Below, piece after piece: positions 1 to 11,289 of a stretch of DNA of 64,000 bases. The notes beneath the pieces were generated by a model. That model did not search any database and was not told the DNA's origin. It saw only the letters and a list, made by a program, of their open reading frames with translations. The stretch's first letter is position 1, and every line of letters begins with the position of its first letter. The position numbers and the translations under genes were made by a program. Origin of the DNA: Octopus vulgaris (lineage: Eukaryota); contig OX597831.1 of assembly GCA_951406725.2 (NCBI GenBank), forward strand, positions 4,030,001 through 4,094,000. The letters are read 5' to 3'.

Positions 1-527
1 CGTATATGAATATATATGTGCATGAATATGTCTGTGCGCATGTTCGAGTAGGAGTGCGTACACACACACACACACACACACACACCTGTGCATGTGCTTG
101 TGTGTGTTTGCATGCTTGTGTTGAAGAGTATGTTCGTCTTTGATCTATTTGCTACACTAATGCGAATCCGCATGTTTGCTGCCAAGTAGATCACCCTCTC
201 CAGTTAACTAATAATTTATTAATAACTTATTACTAAGTCGACTACAGCTAAACCACTTTTAAACACTATTCTAACTTGTCGATTTAGAACAGCGTCTCCT
301 TTCTTACCTTCATTCCTTAACTAACTACTAACTCTATAAAGAGAAAATTGCTATTCTGAAATGATTCTTGTCGTTATACATTTGCAGAATGTTAGTGTCA
401 TTTCTTTGGCATTCACAGCGGTTTTCTGCAAACCAGTTCATCTACTCTTTCAGCTTTCAACGATTTATATTTTGTACGCCTTAATTTCTATCAAAATACA
501 GTTTTGTAGTTTTCATAAGCTTTTATC

Positions 528-1250
528 TTTTACTTGTTTCAGTCATTAGACTGCGGCCATTTGAAGACTTCACTGGATTGAAGAAACATTTGGTCGAATG
601 AATCGACCCCAGTACGTATCTTTTTGTTAAGCCTGGTACTTATTCTACCGTCACTTTTTGCCGAAATGCTAAGTTGCTAGGACATATACACACTAACAGG
701 CGGCGAGCTGGCAGAGACGTTAGCACGCCGGGCGAAGTGCTTCGCGGTATTTCGCCCGTCGCTACGTTTTGAGTTCAAATTCCGCCGAGGTCGACTTTGC
801 CTTTCATCCTTTCGGGTCGATAAATTAAGTACCAGTTACGCACTGGGGTCGATGTAATCGACTTAATCCGTGTGTCTGTCCTTGTTTGTCCCCTCTGTGT
901 TTGGCCCCTTGTGGGTAGTAAAGAAACGCATATACACACTAACATCGGTTGTCAAGAGGTGATCGGGAACAAATACAGACACAAAGACACAAGAATAGAT
1001 GTACAGAAACCCAACGCACACACACGCGCGCACACACACACACATGCGCGCGCGCGCATAGTTATACATACATATTTCTATACGACGGGCTTCTTTCAGT
1101 TACTGTCTACCAATTCCACTCACAAGGCTTTGGTCAGCCCGAAGGTATAGTAAGAAACATGTGCCTAAGGTGCCACGCAGTGGGAGTGAACCCAGAACCA
1201 CGTGACTGGGAAGTAAACTTCTTACCCTTCTTACCACACAATCATACTTG
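528..1250 (-). mobile_element. tRNA-derived SINE family A (~430 bp with central microsatellite), interrupted by a family B SINE
   Basis: Matches the many other copies in the window (ttttacttgtttcagtcat...gtgccacgcagtggga...ttaccacaca). The reverse strand has an A/B-box-like head. Confidence 0.85.
699..928 (+). mobile_element. tRNA-derived SINE family B (~230 bp), full length with 16-bp TSD
   Basis: Head ggcggcgagctggcaga, B-box-like gagttcaaattcc, body gcctttcatcctttcggg. Flanked by the direct repeat catatacacactaaca at 683-698 and 929-944. Confidence 0.9.
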
Positions 1251-2825
1251 CACTTATATTTATTTATTTGCCTCTAAGTCTCATCCGGTAGGATTGTTTT
1301 GCCCGTGGGCGTGACAGTATGGTTGCATCATCACTTGAAAGTATAGTTTACCATAACGCATAGAGTCCATATTCAAGCCATCATAAATTGCTTAATGAAC
1401 TAGAATAATGGGACCTGTCCTGCGACCACACCCTCCTATACATGCACATATCGTCCCGCATCTTTCCTAACCCCCCCCCCCCATAGAACCGTGTTCCCAC
1501 CTGATTCCTCACCCCGTTCTTCTTTCTGTTTTTCTAACCATCTACTCTCATACTTAAATTTTTTTTGTTTTGTTATCAAGGATTAGCGTCCGAAGCATCG
1601 ATCTCTTTCCATTCTCTCTTTAAGCGTTAAACTAATACGAGATTAGTTAAAACCCGTTTCTCTTTCGTCTTATTTTTTGTGCTCATTGCTTAATATGTAT
1701 GTAAATATGTTTGCTTGTTTGTGTGTATGTACGTTCTCTTCTAGTTTTAATTATTTGAAGTCATCGTTTTCAAGGAGGAGCTGGTTTCTTACAAAGATGT
1801 AAAGCTATAAAACCAACGTCATATGCTGAACTTGAGAAAAATCTTGAGTATTTTTACTGTTCCACTTACAGATTTTTTTCTAATGTGCGTGTTAGCTGGT
1901 TAATTTCTATTTCTGAAAATTCTAGCTTTTACAGATTACCACTTAGGCATTTAATAACTAAACCAAATGCACCAATTACTATTTGGTACAAATGTGAATT
2001 TATAATCTGGTTATGAAAGCCGAAAGTTTCGAAGCAGTTGTTTGCCTTTATTCTGTTTCTCTTTGGTTTTCGAAGACCTATTCACTACAGCCGGAAGATT
2101 CATACATACATGCATAGGTATGTACATATTTATTTGTAGGTATGCATGCATCACACACATACACACACACACACACTGGTTAAGAGAGTGGCGGTAAAGA
2201 AAGGGAATTAGCGAGGTGATTTTGATCCATTGCTTTAGTGAAATTCTATTTTATTTCCATAATAAGGTTTTGCAGAGAAAGCATGAACGCCAAAATAATT
2301 TCCTACACTCAATCTTACCTTTGGAAATGAATTGACAACCAGTTGCCTGGCAAACGAAACACCATACTATTGCATTACAAAAATACAAGGACAGCTAGAA
2401 GGTTTATAGCTTCCGCTTATTTTTAATGGTGAGTGTATTTTTCACAATTCCTATCGAACTTCCATTTTGAATAATGTACGTTCGCCTTAAATGTCTCTGC
2501 CTTTTCTATCAAACAGATATAAACATTAGCAGACGTAAATGGATATTTTGTAGTATTTAAATATAAGTGAGTTGGATTTCTGTCTAATTGAAATCGGGTT
2601 TATATCGTCCTTTTCCCTTTCATTTTTGTTTTCATGAATTTTGCAGCAAAGAAATGAAGACGGCGACATCATGGCACAATGCAGTTTTATGAAGCATTGA
2701 ATAAGCATTCATTAGAGTACCGCATTATTTCCTTCTTTCTCTCAAAATAGGTAAGAGGTGGAAAAGAGAGAGATGGAGATGCATTCATCAAAGTATGATT
2801 CTGCACATTACACTTTTTTTACACA

Positions 2826-2874
<49 letters not shown>

Positions 2875-2940
2875 CAGATAAGCGCGTACGCACATATACA
2901 TACCATAAATATATATATTTTTTCATTTCTAATTTTATTC

Positions 2941-3250
2941 TTTTACTTGTTTCAGTCATTTGACTTCAGCCACGCTGGAGCACCGCCTTTAATCGAACAA
3001 ATCGAACCCAGGACTTATTCTTTGTAAGCTTCGTCCTTATTCTATCAGTCTCTATTGGCAAACCGCTAAGTTACGGGGACTTAGACACACTAACATCGAG
3101 CTTCTTTCAGTTTCCGTCTAACAAATCCACTCACAAGGCTTGGGTCAGCTCGAGGGTATAGTAGAAGACACTTGTTCAGCGTGGTGCCACGTAGTGGGAC
3201 TGAACCTGAAACCATGTGGTTGGGAAGCAAGCTTCTTACTACACCGCCAC
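2941..3250 (-). mobile_element. SINE family A, internally deleted (no microsatellite)
   Basis: Colinear with the family A copy at 13952-14376. Confidence 0.85.
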
Positions 3251-3443
3251 TTCTGTATTTATATATATATTCATATATATATATATATATCTATATACAA
3301 TCGTCACTAAATGTGACTAGGGGTGCGGAGACATCTATATTTCCAGAAATAGCAGTAGAATACTCCTGGTGCTGAGAGAAGAGCGCAAATCTATACACAT
3401 ACACTGACAGGGGAAGAAACCGCCCCATGACCGAATCGAGACC

Positions 3444-3497
3444 CTCTCAAACTAGACGTCTAGTTTCGCGCGTTTCCGTACGCTTTGTCAGTGAGAG
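3444..3497 (-). ncRNA. Type I hammerhead ribozyme motif, G8A-mutated
   Basis: Minus strand reads ctctca CTGACAA a gcgtacggaaacgcgc GAAA ctagacgtctag TT tgagag: 6-bp stem I and a palindromic 12-nt stem III. Confidence 0.7.
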
Positions 3498-3618
3498 TCG
3501 CCCGGTCGGCTGGTGTCAGCTACTTCCGCCAGTCAGCATAAATGTAGCGTGGAAGATGTTTATAAGCCATTAAAAAGCACACAAAAACCGTTAGATTCAC
3601 TTCAACATTTAAATTTAA

Positions 3619-3669
3619 TTTGCCTAAGTATTTTCGTCGCTTTGAGACCGCGACCTGTTCACTGACAAA
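3619..3669 (-). ncRNA. Hammerhead-like motif with G3-C8 swapped core (decayed)
   Basis: Minus strand reads tttgtca GTGAACA g gtcgc ggtctcaaa gcgac GAAA atac TT aggcaaa: 5-bp stem II and an imperfect stem I. Confidence 0.55.
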
Positions 3670-4215
3670 ATCTCGTGCTGCATAGATGTATTTGCCATAG
3701 AAATCTATGGAAGATCTAGCGGAATGTTAATGCAAATACAAAATATTAATATAAACAGCTAGGCGCAATATAATATAATTAGTGAGATACGTTTTTGTCA
3801 ATACACACACATACACACATTCATACATATATGTATACTTACATGTTTATCTGTCTATATCTATACATATAGATGCATACACACAAACTCTCACATACAT
3901 ACATACATACATACATACATACATACATACATACAAATATATATTCATACATATATATATATATGTGTGTGTGTGTGCGTGTGTGTGTGCGTGTGTGTGT
4001 TTGTGTGTATGTGTGTGTGTGTGTGTGTATGTTTGTGTGTGTATGTGTGTGTGTGTTTATGAATTTGTTTTGCAAGATTCCTGATGTGAAATCGTGTGTT
4101 GAAAACGATATTGTTATATTTCAGGCTCTCTTTTACTCTTTTACTCTTTTACTTGTTTCAGTCATTTGACTGCGGCCATGCTGGAGCACCGCCATTATTA
4201 CTTTTTATTTATATG

Positions 4216-4538
4216 AAATAAACACACGCACTATCTATTCGTTCTTCACTCGTTTATTATCGTTCTTATTTTATCCTAAGTCCATTGTCAGGGAATCTTT
4301 CGTCGCACACCTGTCAGGGAATCTTTCAGCGACTCTTCCACCCACCTATTTCCCTAGAGAGACAGAATGGACTAAACAGAAGGAAACAGGACAGGTGGAC
4401 TAAAAAGAACACGTGGATGGCAGAGTCGCTGAAGAGGTCACAGATGTGCGACGAAATATTCCCATACAATGGACGTAGGATAAAATAAGAACAATAGTAA
4501 ACGAGTGAAGAACGAATAAATAGTGCGTGTGTTTATTT
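4216..4538. repeat. Inverted-repeat element (~135-bp arms), PLE-terminus-like, with partial HHR core
   Basis: aaataaacacacgcactat...cagcgactc pairs with gagtcgctg...atagtgcgtgtgtttattt. The right arm has CTGAAGA g gtc...gac GAAA at 4429-4456. Confidence 0.75.
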
Positions 4539-4960
4539 GGCAAAGAAAATATGGTACGAGGGGAAATACGATACGGTTCACCTACCTCTCGTTGTCGGCT
4601 GTCCAGCTGTACTAAGTCTAAAACACGTTCCCTACCCGTCGCACCTAAAGTTAGCAGCTGCTACTGCCAATCCCGTTGGCGCGCTCCGCTGACGTCCGTT
4701 TAAGTTAGTTCAAATATATTTGTGACATATTTTAACTTCTAAAGGCAAGTTCACTGCAGTTCACAGCGGAGAAAAAAAATTCTTGCGTACGGTAAAAGGT
4801 GTAAACATACCATTATCAGCTTAGTGACGCTTTCTATTATACAGAAATACAGACGTGCATATACACCCGTACATACAAGTATGTATGAGTGTATACAGTG
4901 AGGCAGAGGCATGTTTTTGTGTACACATATGAACAAATTCTGACGTATGTGTATGCAATA

Positions 4961-5012
<52 letters not shown>

Positions 5013-5169
5013 GAAGTAAATATATGGCACAACGAAGTACCGATATTTACTGGAAATAGTGAACGTAATAATACGACGCTAATGTATAGCTTCACCGCGT
5101 ATGTACTAACAAAAATGCGTGAGTGCAACAAACTAGAAAAAAATTGTCTTACCTCCAGGGAGAACATCT

Positions 5170-5281
<112 letters not shown>

Positions 5282-5283
5282 AT

Positions 5284-5332
<49 letters not shown>

Positions 5333-5367
5333 TATCTGTAAATATAATATGTGACAATTATTCGATA

Positions 5368-5437
5368 GCCATGATAAAACTCCTAGTTTCGGATGTCGGG
5401 GTGGAAACCTACGCCGCCATCTCTTCAGTCATCGGGC
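5368..5437 (-). ncRNA. Type I hammerhead ribozyme motif (slightly decayed)
   Basis: Minus strand reads gcccgatga CTGAAGA gatg...catc c GAAA ctaggag TT ttatcatggc. It lies next to the (TA)n/(TAGA)n tract. Confidence 0.6.
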
Positions 5438-5609
5438 CATCGAGAAAAATACAATGAAAATGACCGTTAAACAAAGACTAATTACTGTGTGATTGACCGT
5501 TATTAAGACAAATGAGGTATTAACTGAACGCTAAGTGAGGGGAGGGAGTAAAAGTAAGGGAGTAAAAATGTTCATAGTATTCGCGTAATCGCGCATGTCC
5601 ATACATACA

Positions 5610-6157
5610 CATGCGCGCCCGCACACCTACGTACATGCGTCTATAGGTATATACTCATCCACCCTCACTTGAAACACACACATGCTCACCCACACATTGG
5701 CCAAAAAATATATACATACCCGCATACACGCTCGCACGCACACACACGCGTACGAAAAAGGTTCATGCACACGTCTATATACGCACAAGAAAAAATAGGG
5801 CTAAAGGTAAAATACAGAAATATGTGTAAAAAAGTGTAAAAAAATAAGCAATAAGAGTAAAACACGTCTATATACGCACATACTCGTAAGTACGCACATA
5901 CCCTTATGTGCGTATATAGACATGTTTTACTCTTATTGCTTATTTCTTTTACACTTCTTTACATATATTTCTGTATTTTGCCTTTAGCTCTGTTTTTCTT
6001 GCGCATGTGCGTATGTAGACGTGTGCAGGAACCTTTTTGGTGCGCGTGTGTGTGTGCGTGCGAGCGTGTATGCGTGGGTGAGCATGTGTGTGTTTCGAGT
6101 GGGGGTTGATGTGTATATACATATAGGCTCATATACGTGGGTGTACAGGCGCGCATG
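5610..6157. repeat. Long imperfect inverted repeat (~260-bp arms, ~20-nt spacer)
   Basis: agcaataagagtaaaaca pairs with tgttttactcttattgct near the centre (~5890). gaaacacacacatgctcaccca pairs with tgggtgagcatgtgtgtgtttc distally. Confidence 0.85.
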
Positions 6158-6228
6158 CACGCACGCACACAAACGATTTTACATTAATATGATGGTTTAC
6201 AGTATACTTTCGTAGGTTAAAAATCTGT

Positions 6229-6496
6229 TATTCTGTTGTGTCTGAGGAAAGTCATTTTCTTTTTTTAACATATTCGCCGGTAAAATTTCCACTTCTTTCT
6301 TATTTTTATTTTCCTAAAATTTTCGTTGCGTCTTGCAACCTTTTCAATAGTTTAGAGTCAAGACTATTGAAAATGTTGCAAGTCGCAACGAAAATTTTAG
6401 GAAAATAAAAATAAGGAATAAGTGGAAATTTTACCGGTGAATGTGTTACATTATAAGGCACAAAAGAAAATGACTCTCCCCAGACACAACAGAATA
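6229..6496. repeat. Palindromic element with two divergent minimal U3-A8 hammerhead-like motifs (6313-6351 minus, 6363-6401 plus)
   Basis: Arms run tattctgttgtgtctg...caatagt and actattg...cagacacaacagaata. Each arm reads cta TTGAAAA n gttgc aagnc gcaac GAAA at TT tag. Confidence 0.75.
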
Positions 6497-6859
6497 TGCT
6501 TCAACACACGAACTCATATAAAGAATCTTGCAAACTAAATCCAAAAACCAAATCTATTATTCTTATACAAGAATGATGTTGACAGTGGTTCGAAGTTTTG
6601 GCCAGCAGTTCGACGATGGCTTAGCAGGCCGAAGCTTCGAAGCCACTGTCAACAACATCCTTATATAAAAATATACATATGTGTGTGTGTTTGTGTTTAA
6701 ACACCCACAGACAAATACACATACCCACACAACTATATATATACACACATAGCTATGAACAACATATACATGCGCGCACATTATAGACAGTATATATTTG
6801 GAATGCCATCATTATCTATATTCCTTATTTGAAAGTTATATCTTCGAGAAGTTAGCATG

Positions 6860-7810
6860 TGGTTTCAAATGCCATAGAAGATAAAAAAAAAGAAGATAAA
6901 TTTCTATCTTTCAAATACGTTATAAAATATATTAAAATATATTGTATATTTAAGATATAAAAATGAACAGCCTCATTCACAGAGCATAAAACCTGAATAT
7001 TTTGAGACGCATAAACATATTTAAACGTTAAACAATAAAAGAATATATATCTTCTATCTCCATTGTTATTGGAACTGGTTACCAACATTTCGAAGATATC
7101 ATTCTTTTTTTTTTTTTTTTTTGAAATAAGGAATTTTAATAACGACATCGTTCTAGTATATATGCTTTCTCTATATTTTCTATGAAACATAATTGTCTTT
7201 CGTTATTGTTACCTGATATTGGTAGAAGCACTTTAAGTAGACACTCTTTTGTATCAATATGCACAAATTTGTATGGGAAACAATGAGGTTATGATTGACT
7301 ATCTCCCATGGTATTGGAAACCTGGAAATAAACGTCTTGAAGATATGATTTTTTTTTTAATGAGGAATTCAAAATAGCATCTTGGTATAGTAATATCTAT
7401 GCAGCAGAACGTGAAGTTTTCCAGAGAAGTTGGTTCTTGGAAGATGATATAGAAAGGAACATCGACTTGGAAGAATCTGCTGTTACACATTATCCATCTT
7501 CGATGAGGAACTTCTTTATTAACGTTTCCAGTGTTTGCTTACCATTCAGTCTTGAGCAACTGTGGTATAATTACCAGAACGATATCACACATAACATACT
7601 GTATCCAGCACAGGATTATAATACCCGCACGTAGGCTTTATCTCTGACGTATACAACAAAACGCTAAGCCTTATTGAAAATTTGGATTATGATTTACAAC
7701 AATAATTAATGCTGTAGACTGTTGGCCTTAATATGAACCTTCTGTTTCAACTCTCAATAGAATAGGTCTTCAGGGAAGCAGCTATGATATTTAACAGTTA
7801 GAAGAGCATA
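6860..7810 (+). pseudogene. Decayed Helitron Rep/helicase fragment
   Basis: Translation LEDD..DLEESAVTHYPSSMRNFF..CLPFSLEQLWYNYQNDITHNIL..SDVYNKTLSLIEN..LQGSSYDI resembles the conserved Helitron RepHel linker (LEEA..P.Q.R.LFA.IL..C.P..P..LW..Y...M.EDIL..YNEAL..IED..LRETSYD). An IKYI-like motif lies near 6920. Many stops and frameshifts. Confidence 0.7.
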
Positions 7811-8107
7811 TACATACACACATACTTACATAAATACATACATACATACATACATACATACATACATACATACATGTACGCAAGTACACACACACACAGA
7901 CACTCACACACACACACACAGACACTCACACTCACACACACACACAATTATTTGTCTATACTTTACAAGTGTTTGCAACTCTTATTGAAAAAAGATTATA
8001 GTAATTGAAAATTGTAGTGATGTTTCATTCCCTAATCAGACGAGCATATAACAACATGGCAGCCAAATCTCAGGATCTTCAGTGAGGCACAAACCTTTAT
8101 GTATAGA

Positions 8108-8213
8108 TGTACCCGATGAGACCCAGACTGTAAAATTGATGCAACACAGCATGTTTAAAGGAGTCCCACCCATAAGAGACAGAAACAAGATGAGTCGAAA
8201 CGACCGTTGTACA
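8108..8213 (+). ncRNA. Type I hammerhead-like motif with U4C core and long stem II insert
   Basis: tgtac CCGATGA gac [71 nt] gtc GAAA cgaccg TT gtaca, with 5-bp stem I tgtac/gtaca. Confidence 0.6.
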
Positions 8214-8269
8214 AAATAAAGATTAATACCAAATCTATTTTCTCGTTACTTAAGAAACTATTAACGAAC

Positions 8270-9020
8270 AAGCCAAATGCTTAGCGTGATTCAAACAGTC
8301 TTTAAATAAAATATTGTATCCCTTCGACAGAACTAATATCCAAAAACTGTCTGGATCAAGTCTGCACACCCGATACAAATTATAATGCCTGGAAAGGTGT
8401 TCCTTGGAACAACTAGGAAAAAGACGAAATGCTCTCTGTTTAGACGTACAGGACGTGTCAGACAACGTCTAAGTGACAATAACATAGATTTTCTGAATAG
8501 TCTGTCTTGAGTCAACAACCGTTATATTTGGTCACACTTTGAATGACATGTTGCTGACATCTTGGAACTGGATGTAGCAGCAACATTTGCAACATACTGA
8601 TGAAGGTAAAATATCTAAGCAAGATACTGATGAAGGTAAAATATCTAAGCAAGTTAAGAAGTTTATGAGGCGATAGAAGTTGAGGAGTATACTGTTTTTT
8701 TGGGGTTTTTTTTTTATGATGAAGATTCACTTAATCTTATTTGCGAGTGCCCACTTATCACAAATGTTCATTCAGTAAGTGTTTATAGTAGCCTCGAGCA
8801 GATTTGAAGCGATGTTATTGACTTTTTCCTCGAATGTTGTATTGTTATGATGCTTGAGCTCCCGTTTCGTTGTATTTACGCTTATCTGTAACACAGTTCT
8901 TTCCCTTCGTATGAAGGCAGGTATAAAACGTTGTTTTTGACTGTATGGTTTGTAGCATGAGAAATAGGGATCAAGGGAGATGACAAGGAGTGGATATGTT
9001 TTCAGTAAGATGTTGAAAAT
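8270..9020 (-). pseudogene. Possible decayed Penelope-like reverse transcriptase fragment
   Basis: Minus-strand pieces SPLIPISHATNHTVKN, KLLNLLRYFTF and QFLDI occur in the order expected for PLE RT. Heavily frameshifted. An HHR motif is adjacent. Confidence 0.4.
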
Positions 9021-9027
9021 TGACTGT

Positions 9028-9245
9028 TTTACTTGTTTCAGTCATTTGACTACGGCCATGCTGGAGCACCGCCTTTAGTCGAGCAAATCGACCACCAGAA
9101 CTTATTCTTTTTAAGCCTAGTACTTATTCTATCGGTCACTTTTGCCGAACCGCTAAGTTATGGGGACGTATGCACACCAGTATCGGTTGTCAAGCGATGC
9201 TGGAGTGACAAAGACACACAAACATATAGACACACATACATACAT

Positions 9246-9294
<49 letters not shown>

Positions 9295-9414
9295 ACGGGC
9301 TTCTTTCAGTTTCCGTCTACCAAATCCACTCACAAGCCTTTGGTCGGCACGAAGCTATAGTAGAAGACACTTGCCTAAGGTGCCACGCAGTGGGACTGAA
9401 CCCGGAACCATGTG

Positions 9415-9417
<3 letters not shown>
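9028..9417 (-). mobile_element. SINE family A
   Basis: Colinear with other copies. Central (TA)n; the head abuts a (CAT)n tract. Confidence 0.9.
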
Positions 9418-9474
<57 letters not shown>

Positions 9475-10254
9475 TCATCACCATCATCATCATGATGCTC
9501 CCATGTAACAATGCAAATTTTTGCTACCGTTCACATTGCAGGGCTGTCGGAGCCAGTCGAAAGCAACCAAAAACAAGATCTTCGCCCAGTCACCCCGACC
9601 CGGTAATTCTTTTCAAAAGACACACAGTTTTACAAACACTGAAATAACACACAGACACACACACACACACACACGCGACACATTTCTTCAGTAGCTCACT
9701 CAAGAATGGTTGACGAGTCATGCAAGATGTGTCTTTAACTAATTCTTGTTTTCATCCAGCTTGATACTTAGAGTTTCCTGAAATAGCATTTGCCGTCAAA
9801 ATGCTGTCGATATATATTTATCTTTTTGCTTTTAAATTATATATATTTGCTTATTCTGAAATTTCGTTATTTTCCAGTGAGTATATGATTGTATGTATCT
9901 ATGTATGTAAGAATACACGAATGCTTGTATGTTGTATGTATGTATGTTTGCGTGTATCTATGATTATGTGTATGCAGCTAATATAGTATTTGAGTTACAT
10001 ACGTAGGTATCTGTGTATGTCTGTATTATGTATGCGTGCGCATGCCATTTATTTTATATGTGTGTATCTGTGTACGTTTGAATATATTTTTGAACGCTTG
10101 TAAGTGAAATATGTGTGTTTGTGTGTGCTTGTGCGCGTGTTTGTGCGTTTGTGTGTGTTTGTGTGTATATATATATGTACATATATATATATATACATAT
10201 GTATGCATATGTATATGTATGTATATATATATGCATCCATATATGTATATCTAC

Positions 10255-10329
<75 letters not shown>

Positions 10330-10413
10330 CATCTCTAACTGTATATATATATACACACATATATAACACACACACATAAACACATATATAGATATATAGA
10401 TACGTTTATGTAT

Positions 10414-10577
<164 letters not shown>

Positions 10578-11250
10578 TGAGAGAGAGAGAGATGTATAGA
10601 TACGTTTATGTATGTATACCCACACATATATATATAGATACGTATATATATATAAACTGTCATATGAAACTCTGAGTAACAATTTATGAAGATTTTTTTC
10701 GGCATTGATAAACAGCGTACTACTCTACCTTTGGTATTCGAGTACTGTTTTTCCACCTTGTTTTGCATCTATGTGCTTACTATACGCATGTATGTATATG
10801 CGCGTGTTTATATCTATCTACACTTCTAAGCTTAATCTTGCTCTCTTTTCCTCTATCTTTCCCCTACCTCTCTCTGTACATGTATACATATAAACACATA
10901 CATGCGTATTCATATACACATATATATATATGAACACACACACACACATATATAAATATATACATACTCTCGTGGATACATATATGCATACACACATACA
11001 TGTATATGTATATGTTCATATAGATGTTTCTGTGTATGTGTCTCTGTGTGTGAGTTGTTTGCTTTAAACACATGCTTATTCTCTCTCTTTTTTTTCCTTT
11101 ATTTCTCTCTCGCTTTCTGTGTATATCTACATATATACATACATCCAAAGATCTACACAAACATACACATAAATAATCACATTTATTTCATACATCGTTA
11201 TGCACCTCGTACACAAAGACACAATTAGTCGCGTATACAATTCGTTCTTC

Positions 11251-11289
<39 letters not shown>

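Noticed and set aside
8370-8660. Plus-strand GIY-YIG endonuclease and CTGATGA cores at ~8597 and ~8627
   Set aside because: The motif match is weak and the minus-strand RT reading explains the region better. No stem II/GAAA follows the CTGATGA.
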